Below are positions 27,364 to 36,066 of a stretch of 64,000 nt of DNA, piece after piece. Origin of the DNA: Parcubacteria group bacterium GW2011_GWA2_43_13 (GTDB lineage: Bacteria; Patescibacteriota; Patescibacteriia; UBA9629; GWA2-43-13); assembly GCA_000999025.1 (NCBI GenBank), contig LCFM01000005.1, positions 7,087 through 71,086 on the forward strand. The letters are read 5' to 3'. The position numbers and the translations under genes were made by a program. Below the pieces are notes generated by a model. The model saw only the letters and a list, made by a program, of their open reading frames with translations, did no database searches and was not told where the DNA came from. Each line of letters begins with the position of its first letter. The stretch's first letter is position 1.

Positions 27364-28781
27364 TATTTATTGTATTGGTAAGTTTGCCAGCATATTTGAT
27401 TCGGTTTGAGGTTTTTGGTATTCCAACCACGCTTTTGGAAATGGGAATTTATGCGGTGGCGTGTCTCCCGCTTCTTTACAATGAGAATCCGCTCCGTCAT
27501 CTGGCGGATGGCGGAGGGGTGAGGTGGAAGAAGAGATTCGCTGAGATGTTCCATCTGTTCAAACCATACCTCTGGCCATTACTGCTCTGGCTGGGAATGA
27601 CAACAGTGTCTGCTATAGTGAGCGCTACGTACGGGGATTGGATGTTGGGTTTTGGGATTTTGAAGGGATGGTTTTTTGATCCATTGTTGTTGACGTGGGT
27701 GGTTATGGCGTGTAGAGACGTGGCGGTGCCGCGTCTCCGTGGGAACGTGCCAGGTGGAGACGCCCCAGCGAGGCGTCTCTACAATATGCGTCTATTACTC
27801 GCCACAGGCCTTCTTGCTTCTGCGCTTATAATCAGCGCGTATGGATTATTTGATTACATGATGGGTTGGACGCGTGATGGTAGGTTAGATGCATTTTTTA
27901 AAACTTCAAATTATGTGTCCATGTTTATTGTGCCGGTATTGATATTGGGAGTAGGAATGATTGTAGAGACGCCCCCCTGGGGCGTCTCCGTCGCGCGCTG
28001 GAAATCGGCGCTGATGATCATTGTCATGATTATGATAACTACCGCTCTTATCCTCACCAATTCTTTTGGCGGCTGGATAAGCGCGTTGATTGGGGTAGTT
28101 GTTTTTTTCGTTTTTTTCTTACGACACCAAACACCCCCTTCCTGTCCCTCTTCCCATCACAAGGATGGGGCACAGCAAGAGGGGAGCGATCGTCGTCCCC
28201 CTCTCCTTTATAAGGAGAGGGTAGGGGTGAGGTGTTGGCGCATAGTTTTTATACTCATATCTCTCATGGTTCTTGGTGCTTTCGTCTGGTACGGCTTACC
28301 CCGTCACTTTACTCACCGCAACGAATTTTTTAATGTAACATCTTCCCAACTGCGACAAAATTTATGGCGTGTGGCAGGGGATATGGTGCAAACCCATCCG
28401 ATACTTGGTGTGGGGCTGGGAAGATTTCAAAAAGAATTGCCAATTCTTATAAAACAAAAACCGCACCTTTTGACGGTTCAAACGATATTAGTTGATTTTC
28501 ATCTTCCGCATAATTTATATCTGACAATCGCATCAGAATCCGGGCTCATCGCCTTGCTTGGTTTTCTATGGTTTATCGGGTTATGGTTATGGCGTGGAGC
28601 AAAACAATACATATCAACCCGTGATCCTATACTTCTCGGCGCACTCTGCGCCATGCTTACTATTCTCATCCACGGCTTTGTAGACACTCCATATTTTAAA
28701 AATGATTTATCGATATTGTTTTGGATAGTAGTGGTGATTGGAGTTTTGTCATCCTCAGAACGGAAGTATACCGTTTTGTAG
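27312..28781 (+). CDS. O-antigen ligase/polymerase-like (Wzy_C family) polytopic membrane protein carrying five in-frame repeat copies
   Basis: Multi-TM. GVGLGRFQKEL...HLPHNLYLTIASESG resembles the O-antigen ligase domain. True start may be the ATG at 27348. Family-A copies at 27712, 27756 and 27963, and family-B material at 27503 and 28191, are all read in frame. Confidence 0.6.
   Translation: MGRISPTNISTRMQQILIFIVLVSLPAYLIRFEVFGIPTTLLEMGIYAVACLPLLYNENPLRHLADGGGVRWKKRFAEMFHLFKPYLWPLLLWLGMTTVSAIVSATYGDWMLGFGILKGWFFDPLLLTWVVMACRDVAVPRLRGNVPGGDAPARRLYNMRLLLATGLLASALIISAYGLFDYMMGWTRDGRLDAFFKTSNYVSMFIVPVLILGVGMIVETPPWGVSVARWKSALMIIVMIMITTALILTNSFGGWISALIGVVVFFVFFLRHQTPPSCPSSHHKDGAQQEGSDRRPPLLYKERVGVRCWRIVFILISLMVLGAFVWYGLPRHFTHRNEFFNVTSSQLRQNLWRVAGDMVQTHPILGVGLGRFQKELPILIKQKPHLLTVQTILVDFHLPHNLYLTIASESGLIALLGFLWFIGLWLWRGAKQYISTRDPILLGALCAMLTILIHGFVDTPYFKNDLSILFWIVVVIGVLSSSERKYTVL
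27712..27738. repeat. family-A element copy
   Basis: GTAGAGACGTGGCGGTGCCGCGTCTCC. Confidence 0.65.
27756..27782. repeat. family-A element copy
   Basis: GGAGACGCCCCAGCGAGGCGTCTCTAC. Confidence 0.65.
27963..27989. repeat. family-A element copy
   Basis: GTAGAGACGCCCCCCTGGGGCGTCTCC. Confidence 0.65.
28191..28232. repeat. family-B element copy
   Basis: CGTCGTCCCCCTCTCCTTTATAAGGAGAGGGTAGGGGTGAGGT. Confidence 0.7.
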
Positions 28782-28829
28782 AGACGGGGTTCCATAATCA
28801 CAAGGGCGTGGCAAGAACCCTGTCTCTAC
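28778..28829. repeat. family-A element (long-loop variant) at convergent gene junction; probable bidirectional terminator
   Basis: GTAGAGACGGGGTTCC...GAACCCTGTCTCTAC. Its GTAG and CTAC termini are the stop codons of the plus-strand gene (TAG 28779-28781) and of valS on the minus strand (28826-28828). Confidence 0.7.
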
Positions 28830-31660
28830 GCAAGCTTGTTTAATTTTTTTTGCGCTTGGTGGAGTTTAGATTGTTCGGTTTGTATGACTGCTTTGGGCGC
28901 CTTTGCGAGGAAATCTTGATTTGAAAGTTTTTGCTCAAGAGATGTGATGTAATGTTCCAATTCTTTTTTTGCTTTATTGATTTTTTTATCATCGCGCGGG
29001 ATGTGCAGGGTGAGGGAGATACCATGTTCGTGGATAGTGTGGCCTTGGGTGTTTGTTTTGGTTTGATTGATAAATGTTACGCGTGCCAGTTTTTCGATGA
29101 GGAGGATATTGGGGGATATTCGGCGTTGTAGAGACGGGGTTAACCCCGTCTCTACAACGAGCGACGGTTCTATTTTAAACTCCGCCCGCGCGTTGCGGAT
29201 GGCTGTGATGATGGCACGGATAGTGGCGTGGTGTTTGAGGGCAGGTGAGGATTTAATGGTTGGTGATTTGGGGTAGGGGGCGATGAGGATCAATGACGAC
29301 GACACACCCTTCTGCCCCCTCTTAATAGAGGGGGAAACATCGTCGTCGTCCCCCTCTCCTTTACAAGGAGAGGGTAGGGGTGAGGTTAAGGAGGGGGTGG
29401 TATTTAATTCTCCCCACACTTTTTCCGTAATAAACGGGATAAACGGATGCCAGAGGCGTAACAGAGTTTGTAAAATATATAATAATATTTCGTTTTTTCC
29501 CTGTTCAATCTTTACAATCTCCACATACCAATCTGCAAATTTATCCCAGGTGAATTCGCGCAATTTTTCTCCGGCTGGTGAAAATTCAAAATTATCCATG
29601 TGCTTGGTAACATCATGGATCAAGATATCTAATTCTGCCAAAATCCATTCATCACTTAATGTTTGTGCTTTTGGTTTTTTTTCTATCAACTGTGGTGTAT
29701 CAACGGTGGTAAGAATAAACCGCGAGATATTCCAGAATTTATTGATAAAATTCCTAAACCCTTCAATTTTTTCCTCATACATTTTTATGTCATTACCCGG
29801 GGTGGAGCCGATAATTAAGGATAATCGCAACGCATCTGTGCCGTATGTTTGAATCATCTCTACTGGATCAATCCCATTGCCTAATGATTTTGACATTTTT
29901 CTGCCTTCTTTATCCCGCACCATCCCGTGAAGATACACGGTTTTAAAGGGGATTTGTTTAGTGTTATAGGTTGTCATTAAAATCATACGCGCAACCCAAA
30001 AGAATAAAATCTCATACCCTGGCGCCATGACTGAAGTTGGGTGGAATGTTTTAAAATCAGGCGAGCGTTTCAGCCATTCGGCAAGGGATTCATCTTTTTT
30101 TATTTTCGTATCAAGTAGGGTTGAAAATGTCCACAAGGCAGACGAGAACCATGTGTCCAATGTGTCCGGGTCCTGGGTAAACGTGGTGCTTCCACAGCGC
30201 TTGCATTTTTTAGGTTGCTCAATACTGGCGAGCGGGGGGCACGATTTTTTGATTTCGTCCGCCAGCTGGCGGATCGGATTTCGGATTTTTGTTTCGCAAT
30301 ACCAAACCGGCACTCTGTGTCCAAACCAAATTTGGCGGGAAATGCACCAGTCCTGTAAATTATTTATCCAGTGAAAATATGTTTTTTTAAATCTGCTCGG
30401 CAAAATTTCAATATCCTCGGATTTAACCACATCAATGGCAACTTCCTTGAGTGTTTTCTTTTTTCCTTTCCATACAACAGCTGGTTTATCCACGCTCATA
30501 AACCATTGCAAAGAAAGATACGGCTCAACCACTGCATCACAACGATAACAATGCCCAATATTATGTATGTGTTTTTCTGTTTTTTTCAGCAGTCCACGTT
30601 GTTGTAATTCCTCAATAATAAGTTTGCGAGCATCAGCAACAGCCCAGTTTTTGTATTTTCCGCCGTGATCATTGAGTGTGCCGTCAGGGTTGAGGATATT
30701 GATATATGCAAGATTGTGGCGTTTAGCGATTTGATCATCATTAAAATCATGCGCAGGAGTTACCTTTACCGCGCCGGTTCCAAATGAGGGGTCCACATGT
30801 CTGTCCGCAATGATTGGAATTTCGCGATTTGCAAGCGGAAGGGTAACAGTTTTGCCAATAAGATGTTTGTATCGTTCATCTTTTGGGTTGACTGCAACGG
30901 CCGTGTCGCCGAGCATGGTTTCCGGACGGGTTGTTGCGACGGTTATTTTGCCCCCCCCTCCTAAGGTAGGATGGGGTGGGGGGAGGTCTGAATTTTTTAT
31001 CGGATAATCAATATAATACAATATTCCTTCTGTTTCCGCGTATTCCACTTCGTCATCCGCAAGCGTGGATTCACATCTTGGACACCAATTGACCAACCGA
31101 TTGCCGCGAACAATCAATCCGTCGTTGTACATGTTTACAAATACTTTTTGTACGCATTTGGTAAGCACAGGCGACATGGTATATGCTTCGCGCGACCAAT
31201 CGCAACTTGCGCCTAATTTTCGCAGTTGATGTTCTATGGTTGTTTTTGATTCTTCAACATACTGATTCACGCGTTCCAAAAATTTTTCACGCCCTAAATC
31301 GTGCCGGGTTTTTCCTTCTTGCGAGATTAGTTTTTCTACCTTATTCTGAGTGGCAATAGCGGCATGATCCACACCCGGCACCCATAGTGTTTTTTCTCCT
31401 TTCATGCGGTGATACCGTACAATCACATCGTGCAGAGATGTTTCCATGGCATGGCCAAGATGCAACACCCCGGTTGCGTTCGGCGGTGGCATCATTAAAG
31501 AGAATGGCTTTATCTTTTTTCCTGAATAATGATCTGGATTAAAAAATCCTGACTGCTCCCATTGTCGGTATATGCCATCCTCAATTTTTTGAGGATCGTA
31601 TTGTTTGGGTAATTCGGCCTGTTTCCGCGTTTTTGATAGTTTTTTAGTGCCTTTTTTCAT
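28826..31660 (-). CDS. valS: valine--tRNA ligase
   Basis: HIGH (PNATGVLHLGHA) and KMSKS (KMSKSLGNGIDP) motifs, editing domain. 944 aa including approximately 60-80 aa of repeat-derived insert near the C-terminal coiled coil. Confidence 0.95.
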   Translation of the reverse strand: MKKGTKKLSKTRKQAELPKQYDPQKIEDGIYRQWEQSGFFNPDHYSGKKIKPFSLMMPPPNATGVLHLGHAMETSLHDVIVRYHRMKGEKTLWVPGVDHAAIATQNKVEKLISQEGKTRHDLGREKFLERVNQYVEESKTTIEHQLRKLGASCDWSREAYTMSPVLTKCVQKVFVNMYNDGLIVRGNRLVNWCPRCESTLADDEVEYAETEGILYYIDYPIKNSDLPPPHPTLGGGGKITVATTRPETMLGDTAVAVNPKDERYKHLIGKTVTLPLANREIPIIADRHVDPSFGTGAVKVTPAHDFNDDQIAKRHNLAYINILNPDGTLNDHGGKYKNWAVADARKLIIEELQQRGLLKKTEKHIHNIGHCYRCDAVVEPYLSLQWFMSVDKPAVVWKGKKKTLKEVAIDVVKSEDIEILPSRFKKTYFHWINNLQDWCISRQIWFGHRVPVWYCETKIRNPIRQLADEIKKSCPPLASIEQPKKCKRCGSTTFTQDPDTLDTWFSSALWTFSTLLDTKIKKDESLAEWLKRSPDFKTFHPTSVMAPGYEILFFWVARMILMTTYNTKQIPFKTVYLHGMVRDKEGRKMSKSLGNGIDPVEMIQTYGTDALRLSLIIGSTPGNDIKMYEEKIEGFRNFINKFWNISRFILTTVDTPQLIEKKPKAQTLSDEWILAELDILIHDVTKHMDNFEFSPAGEKLREFTWDKFADWYVEIVKIEQGKNEILLYILQTLLRLWHPFIPFITEKVWGELNTTPSLTSPLPSPCKGEGDDDDVSPSIKRGQKGVSSSLILIAPYPKSPTIKSSPALKHHATIRAIITAIRNARAEFKIEPSLVVETGLTPSLQRRISPNILLIEKLARVTFINQTKTNTQGHTIHEHGISLTLHIPRDDKKINKAKKELEHYITSLEQKLSNQDFLAKAPKAVIQTEQSKLHQAQKKLNKLA
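29128..29155. repeat. family-A element copy (canonical) inside valS
   Basis: GTAGAGACGGGGTTAACCCCGTCTCTAC perfect 28-bp palindrome. Translated as VETGLTPSL. Confidence 0.8.
29295..29386. repeat. family-B composite element inside valS
   Basis: GACGACGAC...CCCCCTCTTAATAGAGGGGG...CGTCGTCGTCCCCCTCTCCTTTACAAGGAGAGGGTAGGGGTGAGGT. Translated (minus strand) as SPLPSPCKGEGDDDDVSPSIKRGQKGVSS. Confidence 0.7.
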
Positions 31661-31760
31661 ACTATTATAGAGTAGCGATTTTTAGCGGTTTTATCAACAA
31701 GTATTGGCCCAACGCCCTCTGTATCTCTCTTTCGATGTGCGATGCGAATGAAGGCAGTTT

Positions 31761-32897
31761 TTATTTTAGCCGCAGATTTGGATCTGCGGTTATTTTTCTG
31801 TAATCTGTTTTTTGTTTTGAGTATTTTGTTTTTACCAATGCGGCGATGGCGATCATGGCGGCGTTGTCAGCCGAGGTGCCGGGGAGAGGGAAGCGGAGAT
31901 CAGTTTTCGGTTTTCGGTTTTCAATTTTCAGTTTTTCTGTGAGTTGGTTTCGGAGGTGTTGATTTGCGGCGACACCGCCACCGACAACAAGGGTTTTAAT
32001 ATGGTAGTGTTCAACTGCTCGCAGGGTTTTTATAACTAACACATCAATTGCCGCGTTTTGAAATTCGCATGCGACTTGCGCGCGATTATAATCGGGGTGT
32101 TTTTCTATCAAATATCGCACTGCGGTTTTAAGTCCCGAGTAACTGAAGTTGAAGTCAGGAGAATCAATCATCGGGCGAGGGAATGTTATGGGCAATCCTA
32201 ATCTACTAATAACATCCGAATCTACGAATACGGGGCTGTCGTCTGTAGAGACGGGGTTAACCCCTCTTCTATGGTGTATTATTTGTAGATTAGGATGCAT
32301 TCGTATATTGGGATTGCTCCATTCGGATGCCTCTTGTTCTATCGCTGGACCGCCAGGATAGGGAAATCCTAAGAGTTTTGCTACTTTATCAAATGCTTCG
32401 CCCACCGCATCATCAATCGTTGTCCCGATAATCTCAAAATCATAGTGCTGTTTCATAAGCACCAATTGCGTGTGTCCGCCAGATACCAACAGCGCAAGCA
32501 CGGGAAATTGAAAATCATCAACATTTTTTAGTGTTGAGTAAATATGGCCAGCCATGTGGTTTATAGGAATGAGCGGTTTATTCCATGCCAGTGCCAGCGT
32601 TTTTGCCGTCTCTACGCCGATATGCAATGCCGCTATAAGACCGGGGCCCTGCGTTACGGCAATGCCGTCTATATTTTGATACGAAATATGAGCGGCATCA
32701 AACGCTTGTGTGATAACAGGGATGATATTGAGGATATGGTTACGCGCGGCAATTTCCGGTATGACGCCACCATATTGTGCGTGAATTTTGGCTTGCGATG
32801 CGATGATATTTGACACAATAGCAATAGCACCATTTGTTTCTTGTACAATGGCGGCCGCGGTTTCATCGCATGATGATTCAATTCCAAGGATGATCAT
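31761..32897 (-). CDS. tsaD: tRNA N6-adenosine threonylcarbamoyltransferase TsaD (Kae1/YgjD family) carrying in-frame repeat insertions
   Basis: MIILGIESSCDETAAAIV..., HMAGHI and GGVAAN motifs. Start moved to ATG 32897. Contains a nested family-C/family-A insert (32192-32316) and a family-D heptamer array (31897-31945). Confidence 0.9.
   Translation of the reverse strand: MIILGIESSCDETAAAIVQETNGAIAIVSNIIASQAKIHAQYGGVIPEIAARNHILNIIPVITQAFDAAHISYQNIDGIAVTQGPGLIAALHIGVETAKTLALAWNKPLIPINHMAGHIYSTLKNVDDFQFPVLALLVSGGHTQLVLMKQHYDFEIIGTTIDDAVGEAFDKVAKLLGFPYPGGPAIEQEASEWSNPNIRMHPNLQIIHHRRGVNPVSTDDSPVFVDSDVISRLGLPITFPRPMIDSPDFNFSYSGLKTAVRYLIEKHPDYNRAQVACEFQNAAIDVLVIKTLRAVEHYHIKTLVVGGGVAANQHLRNQLTEKLKIENRKPKTDLRFPLPGTSADNAAMIAIAALVKTKYSKQKTDYRKITADPNLRLK
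31897..31945. repeat. family-D heptamer tandem array (CAGTTTTCG GTTTTCG GTTTTCA ATTTTCA GTTTTTC)
   Basis: Five degenerate 7-mer units, in frame in the tsaD C-terminus. Related arrays at 16414, 16851 and 51996. Confidence 0.6.
32192..32316. repeat. composite nested element: family-C palindrome with a family-A element (32245-32272) inserted at its centre, inside tsaD
   Basis: GCAATCCTAATCTACTAATAACATCCGAATCTACGAATACGG-[GTAGAGACGGGGTTAACCCCTCTTCTAT]-...ATTTGTAGATTAGGATGCATTCGTATATTGGGATTGC. Compare the insert-free copy at 26029-26122. Confidence 0.75.
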
Positions 32898-33018
32898 AAT
32901 ACTTTCCACATTAACGGAATTTTGTTTTGCGGTAAAGTATAGTTGACTTGATATGAGGATTTCGTTATCCTTGCTTATGTTTAGATGAGACGAAAAGGTG
33001 TTATACACATGAAATCAA

Positions 33019-33090
33019 GGCCCCTTCGTCTAATGGTTAGGACGGCAGGTTTTCATCCTGTAAACAGGGGTTCGATTCCCCTAGGGGCTA
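33019..33090 (+). tRNA. tRNA-Glu (anticodon TTC)
   Basis: GGCCCCTTCGTCTAATGGTTAGGACG..., anticodon loop TTTTCAT, T-loop GGTTCGATTCC. CCA not encoded. Confidence 0.8.
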
Positions 33091-33094
33091 CATA

Positions 33095-33130
33095 TAAAAT
33101 AACCGCCGTAAAAGCGGTTATTTTATATTA
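33095..33130. terminator. rho-independent terminator after tRNA-Glu
   Basis: AACCGCCGTAAAAGCGGTT hairpin followed by ATTTTATATT. Confidence 0.6.
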
Positions 33131-33194
33131 GTGTTTTAATATGAGATATGGCTTTAGTTGCGTTTTATTCAGCTGTTTTCTATACTATCACTAT

Positions 33195-33674
33195 ATGAAT
33201 AGTGTATTGCATCGCATAAAAAATTTATTTACAAAAAAAGACACAATACATGACGAGCAAAATGATAGTTTAGAACGTGCGTTTACTCAACCACGCGCGT
33301 CTTCTGATGAGTGGGTGATGGTTAATGAGGGCGAGGAGGGATATTTATCTGTTGATGTATTCCATACGCCAACAGAAATTGTGATTCGCGCGCCGATCGC
33401 CGGAGTACGGCCGGAACACATTGACATTACAGTGAACAATGATATGGTAATTATTCGAGGTGGCAGGGAACGAGCAGATGATTTTGGAGTTACTGAATAT
33501 GTGGTTCGCGAGTGTCACTGGGGAGGTTTTTCACGCACCATTATTTTACCTGTTATTGTGTCATCCCATCGCGCAATCGCTGTGTTTAAAAATGGAGTGC
33601 TCATCGTTCGCCTACCAAAAGCACATGAACAAAAAAAATCTTTAGACATTACAGTTGAGGAGGGGTATTCTTAA
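33195..33674 (+). CDS. Hsp20/alpha-crystallin family small heat-shock protein
   Basis: Alpha-crystallin domain (VDVFHTPTEIVIRAPIAGVRPEHIDITV...GVLIVRLPK). Start moved to ATG 33195. Confidence 0.75.
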   Translation: MNSVLHRIKNLFTKKDTIHDEQNDSLERAFTQPRASSDEWVMVNEGEEGYLSVDVFHTPTEIVIRAPIAGVRPEHIDITVNNDMVIIRGGRERADDFGVTEYVVRECHWGGFSRTIILPVIVSSHRAIAVFKNGVLIVRLPKAHEQKKSLDITVEEGYS

Positions 33675-33676
33675 TA

Positions 33677-33898
33677 ATGATTCCTATGATTGCGGGGGTG
33701 ATTGAACGATTTGATGATTATTATGTTGTGATTCGCACTCGTGAGGGGGAGATTCTGTATTGGCCAAAACGAGATATACCCAAAGATAGCGTTCCTGGTG
33801 CTATAGTATATGCAATGCTTTCTTCTCAACCGTATACTCATCCTTTGCAAGTGGATCCAAAGCATATTCTCAATACGTTATTGCTTGGATCAGAATGA
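33677..33898 (+). CDS. small DUF3006-like protein
   Basis: 73 aa. IERFDDYYVVIRTREGEILYWPKRDIPKDSVPG resembles the DUF3006 pattern. Confidence 0.4.
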   Translation: MIPMIAGVIERFDDYYVVIRTREGEILYWPKRDIPKDSVPGAIVYAMLSSQPYTHPLQVDPKHILNTLLLGSE

Positions 33899-35832
33899 TT
33901 ATGGAGACGAAAGAACATGAAAAGGCGCGTGCGCGAAATTGGAAAATGATAGTCATGCTCCTTGCAGGAGCTCTTCTTATAGTTGCGGTGGTCATTGTTC
34001 TTGGCGCGTATGGGTATGTTTCACGCTATCAGAACAAAATGTTTCCTGGTATATCAGTGGGGAGCTACTCCTTAGGAAGTAAAACAAAAGAAGAAGCGCG
34101 TCAGGTACTTGTAGACGCGTTGCGTCCTTATAATGAACAGGGGATCGTTGTTGCATATAATGATCGAGCCCTTGCTTTTCCTCCGGTTAATGTTGCGCCT
34201 TTTGATCCTGATATTTCACAGGAAGTGTTTCGTTTTAATACAGATGAGAGTATTGAATACGCATGGAGTATTGGTCGTCGAGGTGGCACATTTGTTCGTT
34301 TTTTTGAAAAAGCGCAGGCATTATTTTTGGGGAAAAAGGTTCCATTGCAGTATAGTGTCAACGAAGACGTTCTTGTTACTGTTTTAAAGGAGAATTTTGG
34401 AGACAAAGAGCATCCGGCGCGCGATGCCTCTCTCGTATTTAATAATGACCGCACGTCAGTTGATATTGTGCCTGAAGAAAGTGGGTGGATTTTTGACAGA
34501 GGAATTTTTTTAAAAGATTTTAAAGATGCCATCGCATCAACATCATTTGGCCCCGTTCAATTAAAACAACAAAACGATACTCCCTCTATTGGAGTGGAAG
34601 ACATACGAGTTCTCCTGCCATCGATTGAGCGTATGATCACAATACCGTCTGTAACGCTTACGTTTGAAAAGAGGTCATGGGTCGTCTCGCAGAAGGTATT
34701 TCGAACATGGCTTGATTTTGGGGTAGGAGATCAGACGGAAGAAACATCACTTGTTATCAACAAGAAAATATTTGGCGAGTACGCAATGCAAAACTTGGAA
34801 AAAGCAATTAGAATTTCCCCAGAGGAACCAAAATTTGAAATTGATCCTTTAACAAAAATGCTTAAAAGAATGAATCAGGGAGTATCTGGTCGTGATATTG
34901 ACATTGAAGCGACTGTGGCAGAGATAGAACAACGGGTATTTAATGATCAGCTTACTCGCGTGACCATTCAAACAAAAGAGGTATTTCCGCGCACTTCTGA
35001 CGTTTCTTTGGATGATTTGGGTATTCAGGAAATTTTAGGCACAGGGCATTCGAATATGAAAGGAAGTCCGAAAAATCGGCGTCATAATATTGCGGTGGGA
35101 GCTCGATCGCTTCATGGTATTATGATTGCGCCATCAGAGGAATTTTCATTACTTCATGCATTAGGTGAGATTAACGCGAAATCGGGGTATCTTCCCGAAT
35201 TGGTGATTAAGGGGAATAAAACAATACCTGAATATGGAGGTGGGCTGTGCCAGATTGGGACTACGACATTTCGAGCAACGCTCAAAAGCGGATTGCCAGT
35301 TCTTGAAAGGCAAAATCATTCTTACCAGGTTCCTTATTATATAGACGAAAAAGGCAGGCCCGGCACTGATGCGACTATTTATGATCCTTCGCCTGATTAT
35401 CGGTTTTTGAATGACACAGGCAATTTTGTGCTTATTCAGACGCGTATTGTTGGAGATGATATTTATTTTGATTTTTGGGGAGCGAAAGACGGGAGATCGG
35501 TATATCAATCAGAAACAAAAGTGTGGGGCATTGTGAAGCCGCCGCCGGCCAAGCTTATTGAAACGACAGATATTCCTCCTGGAGAAAAAAAATGCACAGA
35601 ACGGCCGCATAACGGCGCAAATGCCGAGTTTACGTATGAGATTATATATGCTTCTGGTAAAAAAGAAGCACAAGTATTTACATCACATTACAGGCCATGG
35701 CAAGAAGTATGCTTGGTCGGGGTTGAAAAAATAGAAGATAGCCCGGTAGATATTTCCGATACTCTTTTAATACCTTCTGAACAAGCAGGATCATCTGAAG
35801 ATTCTGCTGAAGGGGCTCAAACTCCAGAATAA
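33895..35832 (+). CDS. VanW-family protein with N-terminal membrane anchor
   Basis: N-terminal TM helix. VanW-domain motif EYGGGLCQIGTTTFRATLKSGLPVLERQNHSY in the C-terminal half. Confidence 0.65.
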   Translation: MIMETKEHEKARARNWKMIVMLLAGALLIVAVVIVLGAYGYVSRYQNKMFPGISVGSYSLGSKTKEEARQVLVDALRPYNEQGIVVAYNDRALAFPPVNVAPFDPDISQEVFRFNTDESIEYAWSIGRRGGTFVRFFEKAQALFLGKKVPLQYSVNEDVLVTVLKENFGDKEHPARDASLVFNNDRTSVDIVPEESGWIFDRGIFLKDFKDAIASTSFGPVQLKQQNDTPSIGVEDIRVLLPSIERMITIPSVTLTFEKRSWVVSQKVFRTWLDFGVGDQTEETSLVINKKIFGEYAMQNLEKAIRISPEEPKFEIDPLTKMLKRMNQGVSGRDIDIEATVAEIEQRVFNDQLTRVTIQTKEVFPRTSDVSLDDLGIQEILGTGHSNMKGSPKNRRHNIAVGARSLHGIMIAPSEEFSLLHALGEINAKSGYLPELVIKGNKTIPEYGGGLCQIGTTTFRATLKSGLPVLERQNHSYQVPYYIDEKGRPGTDATIYDPSPDYRFLNDTGNFVLIQTRIVGDDIYFDFWGAKDGRSVYQSETKVWGIVKPPPAKLIETTDIPPGEKKCTERPHNGANAEFTYEIIYASGKKEAQVFTSHYRPWQEVCLVGVEKIEDSPVDISDTLLIPSEQAGSSEDSAEGAQTPE

Positions 35833-35840
35833 AAACAAAA

Positions 35841-35957
35841 AAGCCCAGAACAATCTCTAGACAAGAGAATTACGTAGAGGCATTTCTGAGCCGGAGCCCA
35901 GAGAACCCTCACACGCAACCCCCATGCTTGTCGTGTCTAGAGATTGTTTTGGGATCT
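35841..35957. repeat. family-E element: 117-bp unit bounded by about 24-bp terminal inverted repeats (CCCAGAACAATCTCTAGACAAGAG / CTTGTCGTGTCTAGAGATTGTTTTGGG)
   Basis: Arms match at 20 of 22 positions in reverse complement. About 60-nt loop. Lies just after the VanW stop, so it may also act as a terminator. Confidence 0.55.
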
Positions 35958-36066
35958 TTCTATTTTTGTCGTAGAATGCAAAGATGTATAAAGACCGAAC
36001 ATGATACCATGAGTTTGCTTATATGTCAAGGATTATTTTATTTGTCCTTGTTTTAGCTAAAAATCT

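Noticed and set aside
29283-29852. 189-aa plus-strand ORF antisense to valS
   Set aside because: It is built from the reverse reading of the family-A/B repeats and the valS coding region. valS on the opposite strand has all catalytic motifs.
29128-32316. Possibility that the in-gene inserts are inteins or self-splicing introns
   Set aside because: The inserts are 27-125 bp, far too small. They lack Hint/endonuclease or group I/II core motifs. They are simple palindromes read through in frame.
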